A DNA stretch of 64,000 bases from an uncultured Gammaproteobacteria bacterium (GTDB lineage: Bacteria; Patescibacteriota; Patescibacteriia; Patescibacteriales; GWE2-39-37). The stretch is from the NCBI GenBank assembly GCA_964443495.1, contig CAYUCS010000002.1:23740-87739 (forward strand). The letters run 5' to 3'. The notes beneath the pieces are model-generated. The model saw only the letters and a program-made list of their open reading frames with translations. It ran no database searches and had not been told where the DNA came from. Position numbers and translations under genes: made by a program. Shown piece after piece: positions 35,986 to 45,629 of this stretch. Position 1 is the first letter of the stretch, and each line of letters starts with the position of its first letter.

Positions 35986-37605
35986 TTATTCCACTGACAG
36001 GAATGTCGAACCGCCGTGATGGGCAATGAATTCGAACAAGGGACGGCTTTTCGCATTGGTGGCGACGAGACTGCGGATTGAGAAGACGCGTAATGCGTCC
36101 GTCAATGACAAGGTCCCCTCGGCCGAATCTTTGCGACCGGTAAAAGGGTAGTTGTCCGGACCGCGCTGGCATTGGCAATTGATGTTGATGCGACAGACCT
36201 GATTGGCCAGCTGATCGATCATGTAGCTGAGCGACTGCGGGTTCTGACCGAAGACGCTCGCCTGCTGTCCGTACTTGGAGTTACGGACGTATTCGAGCGT
36301 TTCTTCGATGTCATCGAAAACCACGATCGGAACTACGGGACCGAACTGCTCTTCGTCGTAAAGCCTCATACCGGCCTTGACCGGGTAGACGACGGCTGGC
36401 ACCATCAAGGATTCGATGAACTCGCCGCCGTGACGATTGATTACCGCCGCTCCCTGAGCCTTGGCATCTTCGATCAATTCGGTCATTGAAGCGGTCTTGT
36501 GCTCCTCGGGCAAGGGCGTGATGCTCACGCTGACGTCCCAAGGCGGGCCGATCTTCAACTGCTCCACGGCTGCCGCAAACTTGGCGCAAAAATTGTCCGC
36601 GATCGACCGGTGCACGAAGATGATCTTCAGGGCTGTACAGCGCTGGCCGTTGTAGCTCAGGCTGCCAGCCAGGCATTCGCTTACCGCGGTGTCCAGATTG
36701 GCCGCCGGCAAGATAATTGCCGGATTCTTGGCTTCGAGCCCCAGGATGCTGCGCAAACGATGCGGATTGGGCGAGGATTTCTTCAGGAGATCCGCCACCC
36801 GGCTCGTGCCGATGAAGGCCAAGCAGTCGATTTTGCCCGATGCGAGCAATGGATTGATGATGGTCTGGCCGTCGCCGTAGACCGTGTTGATGACGCCGCG
36901 CGGAAATACCTCCTTGAAGATCCTGAGCAGCGGGTTGTGCAGCAGCACGCCGATCTTCGGCGGCTTCATGATGACCGTGTTGCCCATGATGAGGGCCGGA
37001 ATCAGCGTCGTGAAGGTTTCGTTCAGCGGATAGTTGAACGGGCCCATACACAGGACGACACCGAGCGGCACTCGCCTAATCTGGGCTGTTACGCCCTCGG
37101 TCTCGACGAAATCGTCAGAGGCGAACTCCAGTTCATAAGCCGCTGCGACCGTGTCACGGATATACTTGACCGTACGGTCGAATTCCTTGATAGAATCAGC
37201 CAGCGACTTGCCGATCTCCCACATCAGGAGGTCGACAACCTCTTCACGGACCTTTTCCATCTCATCAGCCAGTACCGTAAGATACGAGCAGCGCCCCCTG
37301 AGCGAGAGCATCGGCCAGAAGCCGCGTCCCTGGTCGTAAGCAGCAGTTGCAGCTGCCAAGACTTCGAGTGATTCGTTTCCTGTCAGCTGCGGATAATGCC
37401 CCAGAATGACCGGCTCCAAGCCGCCTGCAACCTGCCGATACATGGGTGAATTTACCGTTTGCATCGGGCCGTCCCACTTCTTCAACTCGCCGTCAACCAG
37501 GTAACAATCCTGTTTCACCAATGGTGAGGCAACCCGCGACGCGCGTGCGAACACATCCTCCAGCACTTCCCTTGCACCCCTGTCCGAAGCTTCCGAATTA
37601 GCCAT
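35986..37605 (-). CDS. gapN: non-phosphorylating glyceraldehyde-3-phosphate dehydrogenase-like aldehyde dehydrogenase (GapN-like)
   Basis: GPFNYPLNETFTTLIPALIMGNTVIMKPP, LEAKNPAII and NGQRCTALKIIFV resemble GapN-type ALDH motifs. At 539 aa it is longer than typical GapN. Confidence 0.65.
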   Translation of the reverse strand: MANSEASDRGAREVLEDVFARASRVASPLVKQDCYLVDGELKKWDGPMQTVNSPMYRQVAGGLEPVILGHYPQLTGNESLEVLAAATAAYDQGRGFWPMLSLRGRCSYLTVLADEMEKVREEVVDLLMWEIGKSLADSIKEFDRTVKYIRDTVAAAYELEFASDDFVETEGVTAQIRRVPLGVVLCMGPFNYPLNETFTTLIPALIMGNTVIMKPPKIGVLLHNPLLRIFKEVFPRGVINTVYGDGQTIINPLLASGKIDCLAFIGTSRVADLLKKSSPNPHRLRSILGLEAKNPAIILPAANLDTAVSECLAGSLSYNGQRCTALKIIFVHRSIADNFCAKFAAAVEQLKIGPPWDVSVSITPLPEEHKTASMTELIEDAKAQGAAVINRHGGEFIESLMVPAVVYPVKAGMRLYDEEQFGPVVPIVVFDDIEETLEYVRNSKYGQQASVFGQNPQSLSYMIDQLANQVCRININCQCQRGPDNYPFTGRKDSAEGTLSLTDALRVFSIRSLVATNAKSRPLFEFIAHHGGSTFLSVE

Positions 37606-37887
37606 TGCGGCCTCCTTTATTTGGCATCGATATTCGACGCCGGTTGTGGAATTTTACTTCCTAAATTTGTCGAATGAACAGTTCGAAACCATAACATTTT
37701 TCACCACTTATGTCAATATTGTCTCCCTTTTCTTAATAAAAGAAAGCCCGGCTATCTGCCAGGCTTTTTCATTTGCAACCCTGATACCATGATCAAGATT
37801 AAATTCTAGAAAAAAAGAGCTTGAGGGCGCTAAACGCAGTTTCATTGAGCAATCTCAAATAGTCAGCCCTGCTTGGGTGCTCAAAAA

Positions 37888-38478
37888 TCAAGTTTCCATG
37901 CCGCTCGCCATAACAAAACCGGCGATGCGCTTAGAAAAAATCTCGCCCGGATAACCGAAGTCCTGAAGGCCGGACACGAATGCTTCTGCATCTTCCTGAT
38001 CAGTTGATACGATCATGATAAAAGGCGGCTTGTGCAGACCTGGAAGCCCATCATCACCTATAATGTGCTTTTCCACGTCAAAGGTGGTAATTGCCAAGAG
38101 GCCAATCCCTGGGTCCATTTTTCCTTTCAGCTTTTCAACGATTTCATCGACACGCCCCTCTTTGGCGTGGACCGCGACATATCCGGCCCACTGTCTGAAA
38201 CCGTCAATCTTGCCAACAGTCAGGCAATCTGATGACACAACATGGGTTGCGACACCTGTTCTCTGAAGCATGATCCTGGCATAGAAATCGCCTTCGTCCA
38301 TGCTGTCGCCGTCATAGCCATAGAGAATGATCGCTTCCCCGTCGATCTCCGCCTCTTTCGCGAGAGTGGTTGTAGTAACCTCGTCGGTCATTCCCAAGCG
38401 CTCCGCCAAAGCCCTTACGTTGTCAACGCAAATCCTCGCCCTGATTAGGTCCCTGTCAACAATTGTCACGTTCAGCAT
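37888..38478 (-). CDS. hypothetical protein
   Basis: It is a 196-aa ORF with an AAAGGAGAAAG SD. No motif was recognised. Confidence 0.5.
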   Translation of the reverse strand: MLNVTIVDRDLIRARICVDNVRALAERLGMTDEVTTTTLAKEAEIDGEAIILYGYDGDSMDEGDFYARIMLQRTGVATHVVSSDCLTVGKIDGFRQWAGYVAVHAKEGRVDEIVEKLKGKMDPGIGLLAITTFDVEKHIIGDDGLPGLHKPPFIMIVSTDQEDAEAFVSGLQDFGYPGEIFSKRIAGFVMASGMET

Positions 38479-38524
38479 AGCCGCTTTCTCCTTTCGGTGC
38501 GTTCATTTTTTTGACAATCTTGGC

Positions 38525-39013
38525 CTACTCACAATCCCTAGCAAAACAGCTCCAGCCAACTTTCGGATATACGCCGCTGAAGCTCACAATTACTGTGCCT
38601 TGCGTAAAGGAAATGAAATTCCACTCCTTACCTGATTCTGTGGGCCATTCGGTCGATATACCAAGCGCATGATCATGGTCAAGGTCCGGAAAAAGCCCGA
38701 CTACGGCGGCAAGCTCGAAAGGCATAACTTCCCGGCACTCCCGCTTCTTATTCTCCTTGTCCTTGTCGATTCCCTTAGCAGAATACTCGAAGAAAATCTC
38801 GACTTTTTTTCCGCCAGTTACTGGCATGCTTTTGACCCTGTCGGCGCGGCCAAATACTTTTCTCCCGGTTGCATCGAGCATCTCCTGGGCCGTGCGGCCA
38901 TAGACCGGTTCGACAACCACACGATAAATCGTATCCGCATTCTCCTTTAACAACATCCCGATTTCCGACAAATCAACAACTTTCTTCTCGGTTTTGTACA
39001 TGTCACCCCCCAT
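38525..39013 (-). CDS. hypothetical protein
   Basis: It is a 162-aa ORF. An alternative start at the second ATG (MYKTEKK) follows a G-rich stretch. No motif was recognised. Confidence 0.5.
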   Translation of the reverse strand: MGGDMYKTEKKVVDLSEIGMLLKENADTIYRVVVEPVYGRTAQEMLDATGRKVFGRADRVKSMPVTGGKKVEIFFEYSAKGIDKDKENKKRECREVMPFELAAVVGLFPDLDHDHALGISTEWPTESGKEWNFISFTQGTVIVSFSGVYPKVGWSCFARDCE

Positions 39014-39291
39014 TTGCTTTTGTGATTGACTTCAGAAATGGCTTATTTCAGAATATTGAAACGCTCAACTATCAAAGAACCTGCTTGAGACGGTTTAGTC
39101 CTAGCGATTGGTTATAATGACATAACATGGCAACAATGTCTAGTCAGACCGGCTTGGCGCCCTCAGGCTATTCACTATTTCCTGAACATCATCCGTGATT
39201 TATAAAGAATACTTCGAGCGTCTTTCTCGAGAAGCTTTGAAATAAAAAAACAAGGCTGATTTAGCCTTGTTTTTTTATTTTACTAACTCGT

Positions 39292-39717
39292 CTATAAATC
39301 TTCGCCCATCTCCCTCTCCAAATTGGCATTTTCTTCACTTCTTACGCCAGCCCTGTAGGCCGATGATTGCAGGGATTCGAGAATCAAAACCTTGTACAGC
39401 GGTCCCTTGTCAAGCAAGGCCATAAGATTGTTTTTTTGATCACCCAATTTGTTTGAGTCGTCAATATCTAAAATTCTTTTCGTGCTTTCTTTGACTACGG
39501 ACTCGATAAACCTAGCCAAATCTTTCAAGGCTTCTTGAGTTCCACCATTGATATAATCGATGGCAGACTCGCCCTCCTTGATGTCCAAAAGCGCTCGCTC
39601 CTGGTCCTCGACACTAATTTCCGGATCAGCCGGATTGCGCTCTTTCTCTCTCGCCTTATTAATCTTGTCAAATGCCAGTTGCTTTTCTGGGCTAAATTCT
39701 GGGGCTCTGAAATTCAT
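39292..39717 (-). CDS. hypothetical acidic protein
   Basis: It is a 141-aa ORF in a locally AT-richer stretch. No motif was recognised. Confidence 0.45.
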   Translation of the reverse strand: MNFRAPEFSPEKQLAFDKINKAREKERNPADPEISVEDQERALLDIKEGESAIDYINGGTQEALKDLARFIESVVKESTKRILDIDDSNKLGDQKNNLMALLDKGPLYKVLILESLQSSAYRAGVRSEENANLEREMGEDL

Positions 39718-39781
39718 AATATTATTTATAATTACATTACTAAAATTATATTACTTTAAAACCAATACATCAATGATTAAG

Positions 39782-40993
39782 CTAGCGCCATACCGCCTCA
39801 ACCTCCCTTGGCGACCTGACGCTCATTCCTTGAAGAATCAGAACCGGTAGAAGAATCAGTCCGATTGCGATACCGAAGTACATATAGCCGAATGACAATC
39901 CATTTTGACTGACGAGCCGCGAAAGCACGAGCGGCAGCCACAGCGTGCTGACCAAAGTGAAAAACGTCATCACGGAAATAAGCGTCGCTTTATAGCCGGA
40001 TGCGTTGAACTCATCGAACAGCTGAGCTTCGAAAATTATATTGCGCGTCCGGTCGTATGCCGGAAACAACGCGAAGGCCAGCACTATCGCAACCGCATTA
40101 TGAATAAGGCCGACCAAAATCAATAGCAGCACCAGATATGCTGCGTCGAAAAAATAAAACGCGCTCGGCGAAAGCTTCCGCAGATGATGGATCTTGGTTC
40201 CGCCATAAGCGGCAAGAAGGCTCCCGATCGCCAGCAAGAAGCCGAACCACTCGACCGGAATCCCGTTTTCCCTGAACATGATCTCCCTATACATCGATGA
40301 CTGGTCGAAGCCGGATGAGACGATCCCGAAAATCAGGAAGACGAAAAACATTCTCAGAAGCGGCATCTCCTTGGACGCCTTGAGCAACCTTTTCAAAGAA
40401 CCCCTCTTGCCAGCTTTTTGGACTTCGACGTGGACCCTTGGAACCCTCATTGAATAGACCAGCAAGAAAGTCGCGAACAGGCAAAAAAAGCCGACTATGA
40501 AAGGCATTCTCGGATCCAGCTTATACGTCAGCGGGACGAGCCCGACCAGAAAGACATTGCCGATCAGGCCGAAGCTTTGAGCCTTTCCCATTATGCTGCT
40601 GTACTCACGGTCCCGTCCGAGCTCTTTCAACGTCTCGTGCATGAACGCTTGCATCGTTCCGGAGGCAAAGGCCATGCCTCCGAAATACCCGGCAGAGCCG
40701 ATCAGTCCGCCGACAAATCCCGGAAAAAATACGTACGGCAAAACCGACACCGCGCTGATGAATGAACCGACCAGCAAAGCGAATTTGTGGCCGAACCTAT
40801 CCGCGAAGTACCCGGATGGAATTTCCAGGATGAGCTGCACGATGCCTGTCACGCTCGCGATGATGCCAAGCTCTTTCAAATTTACGCCGCCGCGATCGAC
40901 AAGATAAATCGCGATCAAAGGCAAATAGACCCTCTTGGTGAAGATCTTATAATAATTGTATTTTATGATATTTTTTTCCAACTGCTCAGTCAT
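39782..40993 (-). CDS. MFS transporter
   Basis: It has about 12 hydrophobic helices and a GYFADRFGHK motif (MFS loop 2-3, D-R-x-G-R/H-K-like). Confidence 0.75.
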   Translation of the reverse strand: MTEQLEKNIIKYNYYKIFTKRVYLPLIAIYLVDRGGVNLKELGIIASVTGIVQLILEIPSGYFADRFGHKFALLVGSFISAVSVLPYVFFPGFVGGLIGSAGYFGGMAFASGTMQAFMHETLKELGRDREYSSIMGKAQSFGLIGNVFLVGLVPLTYKLDPRMPFIVGFFCLFATFLLVYSMRVPRVHVEVQKAGKRGSLKRLLKASKEMPLLRMFFVFLIFGIVSSGFDQSSMYREIMFRENGIPVEWFGFLLAIGSLLAAYGGTKIHHLRKLSPSAFYFFDAAYLVLLLILVGLIHNAVAIVLAFALFPAYDRTRNIIFEAQLFDEFNASGYKATLISVMTFFTLVSTLWLPLVLSRLVSQNGLSFGYMYFGIAIGLILLPVLILQGMSVRSPREVEAVWR

Positions 40994-41114
40994 ATCTGCT
41001 TTTTTGGTTTTTGAATTGCATACATAATATATGCTTACAACAATATTATATCACAAGTTCTGTATTCCTGATTTATTAAAATAAAGGGGCTGCGAAGCAA
41101 CCCCTTGGGAATCA

Positions 41115-41558
41115 TCAAACAACAACCACTCGATAATCAGCCACGACCCGCTCTCTCAGCAGAGAAACTATTCTCGCCTTAAGGTCGGCATTGCCAGCAT
41201 AAACCTGAATCAGGGGCAATTCAGCACCTCTGTGGGCTATCCGAACCTTGTCGGATATACCGAGCTCGCTTTCGCGAATTACCCGGCGCACCTCGGCTCC
41301 GAGACCATTCGTGTGATAAATCGTGATTTCAGGTTCGGCACACTGCATTGTTACTTTTCTCGCGGCATCAATGGCGTACCCCGAAAGTGAGTTTACCTGA
41401 AGGAAGCCGCCCCCTTTTGGCGCATTGTTCCTGAAGTGAGCCAGCAATAAGGCCTGTGCTGCAACTTCACCAATTTTGAGTGCCGCTTCTTCGTATGCTT
41501 TTTCGCCCGATTTCTCGAATAGCTCCACCACCTCGTTTATCTGTTCGATTCCTGGCAT
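41115..41558 (-). CDS. hypothetical protein
   Basis: It is a 147-aa ORF with a GAAGGGAGGA SD. No motif was recognised. Confidence 0.5.
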   Translation of the reverse strand: MPGIEQINEVVELFEKSGEKAYEEAALKIGEVAAQALLLAHFRNNAPKGGGFLQVNSLSGYAIDAARKVTMQCAEPEITIYHTNGLGAEVRRVIRESELGISDKVRIAHRGAELPLIQVYAGNADLKARIVSLLRERVVADYRVVVV

Positions 41559-41703
41559 ACTCTTTATCCTCCCTTCGAGTGATTTGTTGTTGAAAATAAA
41601 AAGTGCAATTATAAATTAAAGCACATTTTTTACTTTTTGTCCAGTGCACTACGTGTTCCTTTAGCTAAAAATAGCCTAAATTAGGGCAATTTTCATATTG
41701 TAT

Positions 41704-41927
41704 AGGGAGAAGAAGTTACGAAATCACTCGCTCGCCGTCGCGAGCTAGTTTTTTGTCCTGGGTGGCGCTGAATACTACCTGTTCGGTCACATTCGTCGGC
41801 GTCGACTAAACTTCCTGCCGAAAGAAGTTCTGCAGAAAGTTTGCCCCCCCCCTGCTGCCCGTTCGATTTCTTCATATCGCCTATATCAATAAAAACAACG
41901 CACCAGATTGCTGGTGCGTTGTTTTTA
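41704..41927 (+). repeat. left (decayed) copy of the ~220-bp structured element plus terminator that also precedes tRNA-Trp
   Basis: By hand alignment it matches 45943-46164, roughly 80-85 percent identical over the central ~130 nt and weaker over the first ~50 nt. It includes its own terminator hairpin AACAACGCACCAG-ATTG-CTGGTGCGTTGTT plus a T-run. A C9 tract sits where the right copy has TCAC. Confidence 0.7.
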
Positions 41928-41930
41928 TTG

Positions 41931-41953
41931 CACACCCCAACGAAGCGTGCCAT
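41931..41953 (-). pseudogene. possible decayed remnant of the 3' part of tRNA-Trp
   Basis: CACACCCCAACGAAGCGTGCCAT aligns loosely to CACGGGGTGAAGGAATCGAACCCTCGCCAT of the intact tRNA-Trp. It occupies the same position relative to the repeat unit. Confidence 0.3.
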
Positions 41954-42037
41954 GACTTTTTTTAAGAAAATACTGAGTATATTTATATCCCGGTTTTAAA
42001 AAATTAATGACTGTGTCGTCGATATGACTATATACAA

Positions 42038-44281
42038 TTATGAATTAACATCAATTGGAACAGAAACTCTCGACTCAATCTCTATCATGCTCTCTATTTC
42101 CTCGTGCAAATCAATGGTGTCATCTTCAAACATATCTTCTATTGTTAAAACGATTGAATATTTTTGCCTATAGTCTCCGGCGATAGTAAAATCCTCGTCT
42201 TTCAATTCACACACAACGTCAATATACCAAAATTTTCCGGCATGGTTGGTTGTTGAGAACTCTTTAGTTGGATAATTTTTTACATTTGATTTTTGGTGCG
42301 CCCCTCCATACGTTTCTCGAGTACTCAAACCGCCCTGAGCTTTTCGATCATCCCTTAATAGCTGCGCCGATATATTGATTGGATTATAAAGCCTTGGGTT
42401 GCTTGGATTTGTTATTGGATTATAAACAAGAGTTTTACGGATGCGTAAGCGTTTTAAATGACTACCTGATATACATGATGGAATTGGAAATTTAATCGTT
42501 TTTGTTGTTCCTATCTTAATTTCATCTTCTATAACAATAGTAGTGGAGTTGCTCAAGGAATTTACAGCCCTTTCCATGTTTGGCATTCCAAATCCAACCA
42601 AAGAACTCTTCATCGTAAGATCGCCAATCTCAGAAGCATCAATGTTATCAGAAAAATGCACTAATAAAGCCTTTAATGTATTGCAGCTATAATTCGGGTA
42701 TTGGCCACTTAACTTCGCCAGCTCGTGAGTGATTAAAGGCGTTGAAAAACTTGTGCCATATGATTTTATTATTTCATTATTAACATCCGACGCTGTTGTT
42801 ATGCCATTATATTCAGGAGTAAAATCTTTTTTAAAATTTGAATCATAATGAACAAAATCTGGCTTTATAAAAGGAGAGTCATCAACATTGCCTCTGGTGT
42901 GTGGGGCTGGATGTTTTATTCTAGTAATCGAGTCAACGCTCTCCTGATAAGTCACAGAACCAACTGAAATATTATTAATACTATCAGCAGGTGGCAAAAT
43001 TCTAGAAAATTTAAAGGCAAAATGGGATGGATATCCAACCCTTTTACATGCTTCAACAAATTCATCTTCCCAAAACTGAAACAAGTTACCAACAGAAACA
43101 ACAAATATACAGTTATATTTATTCGCCAACTCATCAAGTAAGGCGGTTAGATTATGAATCGTTTTTACTCCTCCAAAATATGTAGTGTAGTTGTTTATTG
43201 ATAAATTTATTATCAATTGCTGATATTCAGCAGCTAGCCGTGGAACAATGTCTGCAATTCTTTCATCTAACTTAAAGGGGTTATCCTCTAAAACATTTGC
43301 TGATATAACGTGATTTTCTTGTTGAATTTCTTGATTATTGTTAAGCTGCATGCCTGCTATAACTAAACTTGCAACAGCGGTGCCATGCCACATATCACCA
43401 CTATTAGATCCAATACAATCCTTAACAGCCCTATCAAGCAATACATGCTCTTTATTTACCGGTCCATCAAAAATAATTACTGGCCTATTCTCGTTTTGAG
43501 GGGGATTAACTTTTAAATGAGATATGTCGTCTCTCATGGCCGAAAGCATTAATTCATACTTTGGAGCCTGATTAATACGGATGATTTCGTCATATTTTTT
43601 GACTATTTCTTTTACATCTTGAAAATTAACTTTTAGACGGCAATAATGAAGCCTTTCCGTATTTATTTTAGATATAAGTTTATCTTCTAACTCGCCTTCA
43701 ATGCTCGACAACTTTTGATCAAGATCATTTTTTTTGCCAGCGAATGACACATCAACAAAGAAATCCTGGCTAGGATTATTTTTAAACTTCTTCTTTAAAT
43801 CTTTTTCAATTATTTCATTAAGAGTTAATGGTTGAATAGACTTTACTTTATTGAAATAGGATTTAAGCGCATCGTTATTGGCATAATTTAAAACATCGTT
43901 TTTGAATTTTTCAAAATCCGAATTTCTCTGATTCCTAAGCTTGTCATTGCTAATGCTGCCGATAATAAGCTCGTTTTTATTACGATCAATATCTTTTTTG
44001 TAAACACTTACACGATATTTAGCGAGAAATTTTCTATCAAGTGGGCCATTAAATTTCACCAACACCTCACTCCTGGTTTTTTCAGGCTCAACATGCACAG
44101 ATTTTAACTTCTTCTCGAAATAAGAACTTACATGATTAATCCCGACAGACAAATGATTTTTTTGACGAGCAAAATTTATATCTTTTGAATATTGAGGGAA
44201 GCCATGCTTAGCAGCAACATAAGAACTCTCACCTGAAATCAGTGACTTTGGCAGCACTATGTGACTATATTTCTTGGCCAT
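42038..44281 (-). CDS. S8-family subtilisin-like serine protease with ~270-aa N-terminal domain of unknown function (IetS-like)
   Basis: The catalytic triad contexts are Asp in VIIFDGPV, His in MWHGTAVASLVIAG and Ser in SYGTSFSTPLITH. The gene starts 1 nt after the AAA+ gene stop and has AT-rich codon usage unlike the flanking genes. Confidence 0.8.
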   Translation of the reverse strand: MAKKYSHIVLPKSLISGESSYVAAKHGFPQYSKDINFARQKNHLSVGINHVSSYFEKKLKSVHVEPEKTRSEVLVKFNGPLDRKFLAKYRVSVYKKDIDRNKNELIIGSISNDKLRNQRNSDFEKFKNDVLNYANNDALKSYFNKVKSIQPLTLNEIIEKDLKKKFKNNPSQDFFVDVSFAGKKNDLDQKLSSIEGELEDKLISKINTERLHYCRLKVNFQDVKEIVKKYDEIIRINQAPKYELMLSAMRDDISHLKVNPPQNENRPVIIFDGPVNKEHVLLDRAVKDCIGSNSGDMWHGTAVASLVIAGMQLNNNQEIQQENHVISANVLEDNPFKLDERIADIVPRLAAEYQQLIINLSINNYTTYFGGVKTIHNLTALLDELANKYNCIFVVSVGNLFQFWEDEFVEACKRVGYPSHFAFKFSRILPPADSINNISVGSVTYQESVDSITRIKHPAPHTRGNVDDSPFIKPDFVHYDSNFKKDFTPEYNGITTASDVNNEIIKSYGTSFSTPLITHELAKLSGQYPNYSCNTLKALLVHFSDNIDASEIGDLTMKSSLVGFGMPNMERAVNSLSNSTTIVIEDEIKIGTTKTIKFPIPSCISGSHLKRLRIRKTLVYNPITNPSNPRLYNPINISAQLLRDDRKAQGGLSTRETYGGAHQKSNVKNYPTKEFSTTNHAGKFWYIDVVCELKDEDFTIAGDYRQKYSIVLTIEDMFEDDTIDLHEEIESMIEIESRVSVPIDVNS

Positions 44282-44282
44282 A

Positions 44283-45374
44283 TTATTCTGATAATACGTA
44301 GTTCTTATAAGAATTCCTATGGATATTTAACAAATTTGATATGCCTGATTTTGAATACCCATTACTTTCTAGCATTTTACACAATTTGCTTAATAGGTTA
44401 ATATTTTCCTTTTTCAGGTCTTTTGGCCGAGCCATGTAGTCCTCCATAAACACAACTTCTATAAAATTTGCCAGGTCAAGCTTTTGAATATGTTCAAACA
44501 TCATATTCATTTTCACTTTCTTGAAAAAGACATCAATATCATCAATCGTGTTTATTTGCAAAAAATCAAAAATCTTTACCAAAAAAGTAATATCTTTCTT
44601 AGATAAAGAATTATTAACCCCTAAAAGCTTATACTCCAAAAACGATTGCTTTTCTTGTGTATTTAACGCACCAACATAGACTTTGTAGGAGAACCTTCTA
44701 AGTATGGCTGGATCAATTGTATCAATAAGATTTGTAGCAACGATTATTATCCTTCCATTTGCTTGAAAATCGAGAGTTTGAATAAGCGAATTCACGATTC
44801 TTTTTAATTCTCCCACGTCATTACCTTCTTCTCTGGATTTTGCCAATGCATCAAATTCGTCAATAAAAATAATACTATCTGATGTTGACTCAAATAAATC
44901 AGATATATTTCTCATTGTTTCACCAAGCTTCGAAGAAATTACATCTGTGATTTTTACATAATTGATTGGCTTACCAAGCCTACTGGAAATATAGAACCCT
45001 AGTGTAGTTTTTCCACTACCTGGTGGTCCATACAATAAAATTTTATTTAACAGTTCAGTTTCGCTATCGCCTTGTTTTTGCTGATGCTGATAATACGCTA
45101 TAAATTTATCTACCCTAACTTTCACTGAATCCATCATCCATTCAAAATTATTCAGAACATCGTCAGCTTTTGAGCGTGAAATACGAGCGCCGCTTTGGGC
45201 ATAATTAGATTTTGATCTATCAATCAACTCGAGAAGTTTTTTATACGTTGAATGCCTATTATTATTTATCTCATTAGCCGCTAAATCCTCAACCAGCTCA
45301 ATAAGCATTTTTTTATCACCTCTGAGTCCATGTTCAATAATCTTATACAATAGTTGTTGGTTTAAATTTGGCAT
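44283..45374 (-). CDS. classical-clade AAA+ ATPase (IetA-like)
   Basis: It has Walker A LLYGPPGSGKTT, Walker B IIFIDEFDAL, sensor-1 VATN and the Arg-finger region DPAILRRF. It has a single AAA module with a ~100-aa N-terminal and ~90-aa C-terminal extension. Confidence 0.8.
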   Translation of the reverse strand: MPNLNQQLLYKIIEHGLRGDKKMLIELVEDLAANEINNNRHSTYKKLLELIDRSKSNYAQSGARISRSKADDVLNNFEWMMDSVKVRVDKFIAYYQHQQKQGDSETELLNKILLYGPPGSGKTTLGFYISSRLGKPINYVKITDVISSKLGETMRNISDLFESTSDSIIFIDEFDALAKSREEGNDVGELKRIVNSLIQTLDFQANGRIIIVATNLIDTIDPAILRRFSYKVYVGALNTQEKQSFLEYKLLGVNNSLSKKDITFLVKIFDFLQINTIDDIDVFFKKVKMNMMFEHIQKLDLANFIEVVFMEDYMARPKDLKKENINLLSKLCKMLESNGYSKSGISNLLNIHRNSYKNYVLSE

Positions 45375-45401
45375 GGGAAAATTATATGAATAAATGTGGG
45401 T

Positions 45402-45441
45402 TGCACAATTTTATTATAACATTATATTTTTGTGCAGTAAA
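45402..45441 (-). promoter_or_regulatory. putative promoter of the AAA+/S8 operon, bracketed by a 7-bp inverted repeat (candidate operator)
   Basis: On the minus strand it reads TTTACT (45441..45436), a 17-nt spacer, then TATAAT (45418..45413). TGCACAA (45402..45408) and TTGTGCA (45430..45436) flank the -10. Confidence 0.45.
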
Positions 45442-45629
45442 CAATATTTTTTATTTAAAATTAGTCTAAAAAAAATAATAATACAAATTACAAATGAGGA
45501 TCTGTGGACAATATCAATTTCAACCAACACTTATAACAGCCTTTTGACCAGACGTTATATGGTATTACAAGAAGATGCCCAAGGTGAGCGAGGAGCTTCA
45601 AGAAAGAAGGCCGGACTACAAAACTAATT

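Noticed and set aside
45394-45627. 77-aa plus-strand ORF in the island. Also ORFs 45948-46271 and 46606-46911 from the track.
   Set aside because: The first lies in very AT-rich non-coding DNA that contains the operon promoter, and its sequence is low-complexity. The other two run across the repeat unit and the tRNA genes. None has an SD or a recognisable motif.
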